64,000 nucleotides of DNA from the IMG/VR virus record IMGVR_UViG_3300025030_000041, positions 124,001 through 188,000 of that record, one strand, 5' to 3'. Both the position numbers and the translations under genes were made by a program. Numbering within the stretch: the first letter of the stretch is position 1; every line of letters begins with the position of its first letter. The notes under the pieces are model-generated. The model did not search any database and had not been told where the DNA came from. It was given only the letters and a program-made list of their open reading frames with translations. This document shows, piece after piece, positions 56,470 through 64,000 of this stretch.

Positions 56470-57270
56470 TTACTTACTTACTTTTACAGTATCAGATAGT
56501 GCCATTATTTTATATAATTCAGTTAAATTAACACATAATCCGGGTGTACTATTCATTTTAGTATCAATAATTTCGGCCAGGGTTCTTAGTAAAATAAATA
56601 AAGGTTCTCCTAATACAGCTTTATACTGAGGAATATGCCCAATTTTAACAGTTGCTCCATCAGTCCAAATTTCATTTGATATATCATGAATACTACTTCC
56701 TGCTGTAGTATTAACTTGAGAACTACTATTAATTGTTATAATTCCTCCTTTTAATTCTATCATAGACTGAGTTCCTTTATGTTCTAATACTATAGAATTA
56801 TCTGGCAGAATATTAACTTTAGATTCATCTAATTCAAAAGTTAATCCTTTAGTCGTAGTATAATACATTTTTAGTTTTACATCGCCATCAAAACAAAATA
56901 TATGAGTTCCATCATACTCACTTTGTAATTGGTCTTTAACGTCTTTTGCTAATTCTTGGTGAAAATGATATTCTGGACAGTAAATATCTTGGTTATCAAA
57001 AGTAACTTTAAGAATAGCCCCATTTTTAGGTATTGAGATTTGTCCAGATAATCCGTCTTGCCCAAAAATATTACCTAAACGAGGATACGCCCATGGTAAA
57101 TCTTCAGTTGCTAAATTATCAAAAACGCCAAATACATTAATTTTACATCTTCCTTTTTTTTCAGGATCTTGATTATCTACAACCTTACCTAAAAAATCTC
57201 TACCTAAAAATTCATCTCTACCTAAATTATAAATATCTCTATTTTGGCCTATTTGCCTTGATAAACTCAT
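56470..57270 (-). CDS. baseplate central spike/hub, gp5/VgrG N-terminal OB-fold type, no lysozyme domain
   Basis: FLGKVVDNQDPEKKGRCKINVFG...DLPWAYP...SIPK.G..L.V.F. Confidence 0.8.
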   Translation of the reverse strand: MSLSRQIGQNRDIYNLGRDEFLGRDFLGKVVDNQDPEKKGRCKINVFGVFDNLATEDLPWAYPRLGNIFGQDGLSGQISIPKNGAILKVTFDNQDIYCPEYHFHQELAKDVKDQLQSEYDGTHIFCFDGDVKLKMYYTTTKGLTFELDESKVNILPDNSIVLEHKGTQSMIELKGGIITINSSSQVNTTAGSSIHDISNEIWTDGATVKIGHIPQYKAVLGEPLFILLRTLAEIIDTKMNSTPGLCVNLTELYKIMALSDTVKVSK

Positions 57271-57304
57271 AATACTAAACTCTTAATTTATTTGTAAACA
57301 TTTC

Positions 57305-58480
57305 TTATCGTTGAGGTTTCTTATCATATACATTTCCTAACTCAGTTCTTATATTAGGTGGTATAAATTTATTAATATCATCATAAACTTTCTTATTAGT
57401 TAATGGTAAGTTAAGAAGCAAGGGTTTTCCTTTATATACATTACCCATTGGAGTTAATTTAGATTCTAACTTATTTACAACTCCACCTATTAATTCTGCT
57501 GGAGCTCTTCCTATTTTACCTAATACATTATCTTTAATAATGTCAGCTTTTTTAATTGCATTACTAAAAATTCCAAAATTATCTCCAGTATAAGCTGTTT
57601 TTAATTTATTAGTTTCGTCTAATCTAATTTTATCTACATTATACTCATCTTGTGTTTGCGGGGCATGCCCGACTCCTCTTATCATTGTTGTATCAAAATA
57701 TGGAAATTTATTTTTTTCATACCACTTATGTACTTTAATTTTAAATTTGCCATTAGCCATTTTAGGATCTGCATTATCAACAGAATCTCCACCTGGAAAA
57801 CTTTCACTAAAATCAAATTCACATTGAGTAAATACAAATTCTATATAGTTTAATTGATTTACTATACTTTCTAATCGTAAAAGCCGTTCCTCATCAGTTA
57901 AAGCATTCATTTTTACATTATCTAATGCATCCAATGTTGCTCTAATATTTCTAAATTCACAAACTTGAATACTCATCTCAAAATATCTTAAATTTTCTGG
58001 AACTACTTCTCGCATATATACAGTGTCATAAATTGCGCTTCTATATAAATTTGCTAAAAATGCCATCCGCAAATCAACTGATTCTAAACAATTAAAAGTT
58101 AAAACTGCAGTTTGAAGCGGCTTACTTATATCAGTACTCAATTTCCATACTTCATTTAAGCCTTCAATAGACTGAAAATACCAAGGAGTAGTATCCTGTA
58201 TCCAACTTATAATATCTCTAAACTTATCTAAATAATCAGACTCCTTTTTATATCCTAATAAACTTAAATATTCAATTGCGCCATACCCATCACCTGGACG
58301 AGTAAATAACGGTGAATTCATTAATTTGCTATCATATTGTAAAAAAGAATTTAAATTAAATTGAACATTAAATGAAAGAAAGGTTGGATCTTCAATTCCA
58401 TATTTACTTTCAAATAAAAATCCTCTTCTAAAATTTTGAAATTCATTAGTATTTACAAAACTTCTTAGATTAGTAGCCAT
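57305..58480 (-). CDS. putative baseplate/tube-initiator structural protein
   Basis: EDPTFLSF, PWYFQSIEGL, CLESVDLR, REVVPENLRYF; baseplate cluster context. Confidence 0.45.
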   Translation of the reverse strand: MATNLRSFVNTNEFQNFRRGFLFESKYGIEDPTFLSFNVQFNLNSFLQYDSKLMNSPLFTRPGDGYGAIEYLSLLGYKKESDYLDKFRDIISWIQDTTPWYFQSIEGLNEVWKLSTDISKPLQTAVLTFNCLESVDLRMAFLANLYRSAIYDTVYMREVVPENLRYFEMSIQVCEFRNIRATLDALDNVKMNALTDEERLLRLESIVNQLNYIEFVFTQCEFDFSESFPGGDSVDNADPKMANGKFKIKVHKWYEKNKFPYFDTTMIRGVGHAPQTQDEYNVDKIRLDETNKLKTAYTGDNFGIFSNAIKKADIIKDNVLGKIGRAPAELIGGVVNKLESKLTPMGNVYKGKPLLLNLPLTNKKVYDDINKFIPPNIRTELGNVYDKKPQR

Positions 58481-58493
58481 TTAATTTATTTAT

Positions 58494-60008
58494 TTAAACT
58501 GCTGAATTTGGATTAGTACTACCTATTTCAGGTATAGGCTTCCACTCTCGCTTTGTTAAAATCATCTGAGTCCAAAAATTAGTTGTATCACCTGTATATT
58601 GGTTACTTCCCTTACTATAATTTACTATTAAACTATCTACATAATAATAATCAGATAAAAATCTATCAATTTTTATATTTAATTGTTTTTCAGCTTGATA
58701 GATACTTCCATCTAAATCTTTTTCTTCATATTCTTCACTATGTACAGAATCTGACGAGTTTTCATTTACTATTACAATTGGTATTCTCATACCTCTAATT
58801 ACAGATGGATTATACCCAAGAGTAGTTATTTTTAATTGGATTTTATTTAATTCAATATTATTTTGAAAATTATGAAATTTGCTATATATATAATTCATAT
58901 GTCTATTATCGTATTCTATTCCAGCCCATTTATGTACTTCTAAATCTTTTAAAACATCATTTGTCGGTTTCAAACTATTCTTTTTAGATTTCATATTTCG
59001 AGTAACTAATGACTCTACAAATAAATCTTGATATTTATTAGTTTCTAGATTAGCTTCATAATAATTCATTTTACGTCTTACTCCATTCTCAATTAAGTTA
59101 CTTCCTAAATTAGAAACTAAATTATAACTTGTAATAAACATTGGAGACTTTCTATATTTAGAAAAATTACTAAATAATAATCTCATAGTATCGTCTTCTA
59201 TTTCTTTTTTATCATTTAATAAATAATCAGTCATAGTTAATGAATAAAAAATAAAATCATCTATTGTTTGCTCATCACTAAATTGGTTATTGACATTAAT
59301 TAAATTTAAATAATAGTACTTATCAATAAATGTTCTATAAAAAGATTCATCATTTTTCCAAATATGTTTTACTGTATCTTTTATAAAACCTTCATAATTC
59401 CAATTTGGATTAATCCATGTCATTTTATCATCCATGGAGTCTTCATTTGTAGCATATCCAATCTGCATTTCAATAGCTAATTGTTTAAATAAATCAAAAG
59501 ATGTTAAGTCTTTATACGCTTTAATATTATATTTCCATAAAGTCGGAACAAATAAAATACCACTTATTGTAAATGTTTTATTTTTACCATGCATTTCCAT
59601 TTCTCCACTTCCACTTGACATTGGAGTTGCATCAATTATTAAAAAATCAGCGCGTATAGGTTTATATTGCTCTTTTTTAGACCTAATATATATACTTATC
59701 TTTTCATCAGATTTAGGAAAAAAAGCACTATTTAAATTTCCATTTACATCTAATACTGTTACAGTAATACTTGGCAAAAATGAATCTTCTTCTAATCTCA
59801 ATGACCTAATAGTATCATATGCAAACCTATATTTACCAATTTGAATAAATGGAAATAAATCCCCGTATATTCTAGATTCATCTCTTAACGAATCTTTCCT
59901 TTGTTCAGGTTTAACACTTGGATTATCTAAAACAGTATCCATAGTAGACATCTTTTCTAATGGTATCTTAGGATCAACTAGAGTAAGTATTTTATTTGAA
60001 ACTCCCAT
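58494..60008 (-). CDS. putative baseplate hub protein (gp27/GpD-like)
   Basis: position between gp53-like and gp5-like genes; FIDKYYYLNLINVN motif. Confidence 0.5.
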   Translation of the reverse strand: MGVSNKILTLVDPKIPLEKMSTMDTVLDNPSVKPEQRKDSLRDESRIYGDLFPFIQIGKYRFAYDTIRSLRLEEDSFLPSITVTVLDVNGNLNSAFFPKSDEKISIYIRSKKEQYKPIRADFLIIDATPMSSGSGEMEMHGKNKTFTISGILFVPTLWKYNIKAYKDLTSFDLFKQLAIEMQIGYATNEDSMDDKMTWINPNWNYEGFIKDTVKHIWKNDESFYRTFIDKYYYLNLINVNNQFSDEQTIDDFIFYSLTMTDYLLNDKKEIEDDTMRLLFSNFSKYRKSPMFITSYNLVSNLGSNLIENGVRRKMNYYEANLETNKYQDLFVESLVTRNMKSKKNSLKPTNDVLKDLEVHKWAGIEYDNRHMNYIYSKFHNFQNNIELNKIQLKITTLGYNPSVIRGMRIPIVIVNENSSDSVHSEEYEEKDLDGSIYQAEKQLNIKIDRFLSDYYYVDSLIVNYSKGSNQYTGDTTNFWTQMILTKREWKPIPEIGSTNPNSAV

Positions 60009-60019
60009 GTATTAAATAG

Positions 60020-60610
60020 TTAACCAAATATTTTTTTAGTAAGTAATCTTTCTTTTAATCTAGCCTTACTTAATGGTTCAGGACAATTTTGAGTAGTTAT
60101 TTGAGTAACATCTGGGCCGAATACAATTTCTCCATTTTCTATTTTAATATTCTGAGTTCCGGGCTTAGATATATTAGGAGGTAATACTTCTTTTTTTCCT
60201 AACTCTACCTTCTGCTTAATTAAATCTAACCTCTTTTTATCTTTAACTGTTTCAGCCTTTATTGCAATCTCTTCTTTTTTATTTTGATTTTCATTTATAC
60301 CATCAGACGGAGTAACTATCATTGCATCCATCTCGCTTCTCTCTGGGATTAGCAGGATTTGCCCAGGCTCAATTGATAATGGATTTGATATTCCATTATA
60401 AGTTAATATATAATCTAACAGAGACTCATCCCCGTACTTTAATTTAGCTATTAAATCAGGTCGCATTGCAAATTCATCTGTTACTACTACAATGTCTTTA
60501 ATAGCTGGAGCAAATTTATATTTAATAGTATTAACAGCTAAGTCAACTATAACATCGTTATTAGGTTTTTTAAAAAACCTTTTATTAAGAAGAGTCGTTA
60601 AATTTAGCAT
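60020..60610 (-). CDS. baseplate wedge protein, gp53/LysM-like
   Basis: MRPDLIAKLKYGD....DYILTYNGISNPLSIEPGQILLIP. Confidence 0.75.
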   Translation of the reverse strand: MLNLTTLLNKRFFKKPNNDVIVDLAVNTIKYKFAPAIKDIVVVTDEFAMRPDLIAKLKYGDESLLDYILTYNGISNPLSIEPGQILLIPERSEMDAMIVTPSDGINENQNKKEEIAIKAETVKDKKRLDLIKQKVELGKKEVLPPNISKPGTQNIKIENGEIVFGPDVTQITTQNCPEPLSKARLKERLLTKKIFG

Positions 60611-60613
60611 TAA

Positions 60614-62344
60614 TTAGAAATTAGTTTTTGTTCCATCAATAAATGCAGGAAGAGCTGGGTTATTTGCCATATATTCACCCCATCTAACTTTAACTCTATC
60701 TCTTATGACATCTACATCTCGCTTATTTCCTCTAGCTGAATCATTATCTTTTTTAAGAGTTTCTGCTGTATTTTTATTAGTTGGTATTCCATTAACATCT
60801 GCCCCGGGAAATGTATTTCTTTCAGATGGTAATTGGCCAAGAGTAGAATAATACATTCGGCCTGTTCCTAAATTTAACATACTTTCTATATCTCCTTTAT
60901 CTCTAGGTTTTCCATGTTTTAATTTAACAGTAAAAGTTACTTCAGTAGGAAAATCCTCTGCACCTAATTTTTCTGAAAATTCAAGAGTACTGTCATCTAA
61001 TATTAAATTACCAATAACTGCTATAGGATTTAACGGATTTCCAATTGCTAAATGCCATTCTCCAATAGGCTCACCTGTTAATAATGATTTAACAGATAAC
61101 ATCTTAGGTCTAGACTGAGACGCTAAGTTACCCATCGCTAAGTTTAATCCGCCCTTTATTAATTCTTCTAACCCTGCTCCTGAAAATAATTTACTTAAAA
61201 AAGACTCTCCACCTTTAGTTGCAGCGCCGAGCTGGCTTTTTATAGAATCATAATATTTACCACTATAAAATAAGTTTTGATCTCCTAAGAAACCAACTTT
61301 ATTAGATTTTGGAAAATACCGTCTCGCACCACCCCAAAATTTAGCATTAGAAAATGTTAATAATAAAAAATTAGATATAATATCTAGCATTGCAACCTTA
61401 GGACTTATCTTATCATAAGAATTTAATTTATAATGAAATTTAACAGTAATTGGATTATCAAATTTAAGTCCACGAGTTCTCATATGTGTTTTATCAATAA
61501 CATTAACAGGTCCGTATACTCTATTTTGAAATGACCCACTAGACGGATCGTATATGCCTTTGGCCCACTCATTATAGTTTTCCTTTCTTCCATCCCAATC
61601 GCCATTCCCTTGACCTGCTTGTATTAATCCAAGAGCTTTCTGTATTTTATCTGGTGCAAATTGTTCAATTCCGCTACCAAACTGGGTCTCATTACCATCA
61701 ATATTTTGCACTTCAGACTTTAGTTCCTCCCAATTATATCCATATGTAAATTTTAAAATATCTTTAAGTGAATTGCCTGGGTCTTCACCTAACCAACTAA
61801 CCGACTGAGCAATTGGTACTAATATTTGGTCTTCTGTGCCTTTAAGATTATCTAAAACAGGCATTGGATAACGTCTTAAAGTAATCATATAATTATTAGG
61901 TATTTTACCATAATGTTTACAATATAAAAAATCATTCCATGAATACGGAGCTGGACCAAATACTGAATTTTCATCTTTTTGATCTTGAGACCATTTAATA
62001 ATTTTAGCAGCAGTTGGGGTAGATGCCTCTGGGGCGTATTGATCATTTAAATTTGTAAGATAATGTGAAGTCTCATTATACTCGGCTTTATTTAATCCAT
62101 ATCCATTCTTTGCAACTCTAAATACAACATAATTATTAAATAATGAATTAGTACCACTAATAGAAGGTATATCACCAGTTAATACCTTATCAGTATATCC
62201 TCCTGTAATATTTTCAGTGATAGACTTAGTAGTAACACTACTTGCAACATTTTCTTGTTGAGTATCTAGCATATCATCCAATAATTCTGGATTCATACCA
62301 GCAGCAAGCATTTGCTCTCGTCGACTCTTAGGATCAATTGCCAT
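60614..62344 (-). CDS. putative baseplate structural protein
   Basis: FLYCKHYGKIPNNYMITLRRYP; GEWHLAIGNPLNPIAVIGNLI...GAEDFPTE....V.LKHGKPRD; baseplate cluster. Confidence 0.5.
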   Translation of the reverse strand: MAIDPKSRREQMLAAGMNPELLDDMLDTQQENVASSVTTKSITENITGGYTDKVLTGDIPSISGTNSLFNNYVVFRVAKNGYGLNKAEYNETSHYLTNLNDQYAPEASTPTAAKIIKWSQDQKDENSVFGPAPYSWNDFLYCKHYGKIPNNYMITLRRYPMPVLDNLKGTEDQILVPIAQSVSWLGEDPGNSLKDILKFTYGYNWEELKSEVQNIDGNETQFGSGIEQFAPDKIQKALGLIQAGQGNGDWDGRKENYNEWAKGIYDPSSGSFQNRVYGPVNVIDKTHMRTRGLKFDNPITVKFHYKLNSYDKISPKVAMLDIISNFLLLTFSNAKFWGGARRYFPKSNKVGFLGDQNLFYSGKYYDSIKSQLGAATKGGESFLSKLFSGAGLEELIKGGLNLAMGNLASQSRPKMLSVKSLLTGEPIGEWHLAIGNPLNPIAVIGNLILDDSTLEFSEKLGAEDFPTEVTFTVKLKHGKPRDKGDIESMLNLGTGRMYYSTLGQLPSERNTFPGADVNGIPTNKNTAETLKKDNDSARGNKRDVDVIRDRVKVRWGEYMANNPALPAFIDGTKTNF

Positions 62345-62380
62345 ATATTAATACCTCTTTTTTATTATTTATTAAAAATA

Positions 62381-62410
62381 AAAAAAGCCTTAAAAAATTA
62401 AGGCCTTTTT
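62381..62410 (-). terminator. probable intrinsic terminator
   Basis: AAAAAAGCCTTAA-AAAA-TTAAGGCCTTTTT imperfect hairpin downstream of 62431-62832. Confidence 0.55.
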
Positions 62411-62430
62411 AAAATTATGTTAAATATGCA

Positions 62431-62832
62431 TTATTCAGTTGGAAATAACTCCCTAATATCGTCATGATCAATAGATTTATCACCAGATACTGTTTTTAGT
62501 ATGCGACCATCACCATCTTCATCATGCTGACCAAATTTAACTTTAGCAACTGTAGTAAAATGTTCACGAATTTTAGAAAAATAATTTATTTCATCTTCAT
62601 CATAATCATCAATACTAAATGGAATAGCATATACTGGTAAAATACTATACCCTGCATCATTTTTATCATAATGCTCCCAATGGCCTTCATCAACAAAAAT
62701 ATAGTATATATCCTTTTTTAATTTATTTTTTTCATATTTTTGTTTTTGTTTTTCAAAGTCAGGGTCCCCATCATATTTATATTTTGGTCTAGGCGACTTA
62801 AATTCTTCAAATAATTTTACATATTTTTTCAT
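62431..62832 (-). CDS. capsid-targeted acidic protein
   Basis: MKKYVKLFEEF. Confidence 0.65.
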   Translation of the reverse strand: MKKYVKLFEEFKSPRPKYKYDGDPDFEKQKQKYEKNKLKKDIYYIFVDEGHWEHYDKNDAGYSILPVYAIPFSIDDYDEDEINYFSKIREHFTTVAKVKFGQHDEDGDGRILKTVSGDKSIDHDDIRELFPTE

Positions 62833-62892
62833 TTTCTTATTATATTTTTAATTATTTATATTGAAAAATTTCAGAAAACTTATAAAAACTAG

Positions 62893-62918
62893 TATATATA
62901 TATATATATATATATATA
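62893..62918. repeat. (TA)13 microsatellite
   Basis: direct count in intergenic DNA. Confidence 0.9.
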
Positions 62919-62945
62919 ACATTGATACACAATTAAATAAAATTT

Positions 62946-63578
62946 TCAAAAATAAACTTCTCCTTTTATATCAACTATGCCTCTTATTTCTTCTTCTGTA
63001 AATTTCTTCACATTATCGATAATCATAAAATCTCCTTTAACTATCTTAGGAGCTCCTTCTATACTAGTTATAATATTATAAGAACACTTAAAATCTCCAT
63101 TAACTATCGTAGGAGCTCCTACTAGACTAGTTATATCATTAGTAGAACAACTAAAATCTCCATTAGATATAGTAGGGCCGCCTTCTAGACTAGTTAACTT
63201 ATTATGAAAACAACTAAAATCTCCATTAGATATAGTAGGAGATCCTTTTAAACTAGTTAATCCATTAAATGAACAATTAAACTCTCCAGATACTTCTTCT
63301 AAATTTAATTCTTTTAAAATATCACCATTTATTCTAACACCACCTATTATTACTTTAATATCCTTAAATTCTTTTACATTAGTGTTATTTATACTAATAA
63401 ATTCATTAAAATCTTTAGATACATATATTTGGTCTTTAGTATACCCTTTATTTAGGTATGGAATAAGTAAGTCATCCCATCTTTCTTTAAGTCTTCTTGG
63501 TATAAATATATCTTTAGCACTAAGTTTAGGAGCTTCTTCTTTGAGTATAAATTGTTCAAATAGTTTTATATGTTTCAT
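62946..63578 (-). CDS. capsid-targeted LRR protein, paralogue 11 (4 repeats)
   Basis: family core; middle block shared with paralogue 4. Confidence 0.85.
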   Translation of the reverse strand: MKHIKLFEQFILKEEAPKLSAKDIFIPRRLKERWDDLLIPYLNKGYTKDQIYVSKDFNEFISINNTNVKEFKDIKVIIGGVRINGDILKELNLEEVSGEFNCSFNGLTSLKGSPTISNGDFSCFHNKLTSLEGGPTISNGDFSCSTNDITSLVGAPTIVNGDFKCSYNIITSIEGAPKIVKGDFMIIDNVKKFTEEEIRGIVDIKGEVYF

Positions 63579-64000
63579 TTCTTAAATTCTCTTTTAACAA
63601 AACTATAAGTATTAATATTTTCAGGTTTTATAAAAATTTCAGTTTCAGTAGGTCTATTAACTAATGTGAAGCTATTACCTTTATCTTCTATAAATCCATT
63701 AAATTTTGCAGCAGAATACACAATTTCCCCATTTTTAGTCATATCATAAACTTTATATACTGAATCTTTTATTAAATTATCTTCCATATTACGTGATTCT
63801 TTAGAAAACGCTAAGTAATCATTATTATTTTGAAATTTTGAAGAAGACTTTTCATCAATACTTTCATTTTCTTTTTCCGGTACATTATACCCTTTTCTTT
63901 TAGCATATGAATAAGCTATTGCAATAGCTTGTTGTTGAGGGTATCCTTCATGCCTTAATTTAGAAATCTTTTTACTTATATAATCTTGAGCATCTTTACT
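63575..64000 (-). CDS. partial phage protein (5' end outside window)
   Basis: frame is open from 64000 to 63575; contains ISKKISKLRHEGYPQQQAIAIAYS motif. Confidence 0.6.
   Translation of the reverse strand, partial: SKDAQDYISKKISKLRHEGYPQQQAIAIAYSYAKRKGYNVPEKENESIDEKSSSKFQNNNDYLAFSKESRNMEDNLIKDSVYKVYDMTKNGEIVYSAAKFNGFIEDKGNSFTLVNRPTETEIFIKPENINTYSFVKREFKK

Noticed and set aside
5979-63578. Diversity-generating retroelement behind the LRR variation
   Set aside because: No reverse transcriptase in the window, all copies are intact genes, and differences include repeat-number changes and substitutions at non-adenine positions; an RT elsewhere cannot be excluded.

Overview
AT-rich segment of a T4-like (myovirus) jumbo phage genome. 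The host is very probably Bacteroidota, judged from a T9SS C-terminal sorting domain protein, TAnnTTTG promoter boxes and A-rich leaders without Shine-Dalgarno sites. Core genes: large terminase, probable small terminase, neck, tail sheath, tail tube, baseplate (gp25-, gp5-, gp53-like), tail fibres, two-subunit type IIA topoisomerase, DinG-like helicase and tRNA-Asn. Mobile elements: an IS607-derived tnpB element and a Hef-like homing endonuclease. Two accessory systems stand out. (1) An integron-like cassette array at 32075-37159, with a decayed second array at about 54420-56359. It has 14 complete TAAC...TGTTA hairpins alternating with modules whose ends are complementary and always finish in ATK-N5-TAAY. 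The hairpins show + strand G.T wobble bias, several ORFs start inside them, and a gene-less promoter module recurs. No integrase lies in the window. (2) Eleven dispersed paralogues of a 21-aa leucine-rich-repeat protein with 1-8 variable repeats each. Ten of them, plus about nine unrelated proteins, carry an N-terminal MKHIKLFEQFISE-type peptide resembling the T4 capsid-targeting sequence, which suggests a diversified repertoire of capsid-packaged, injected proteins. All product calls come from reading motifs by eye; no database searches were run, so novelty is unverified.
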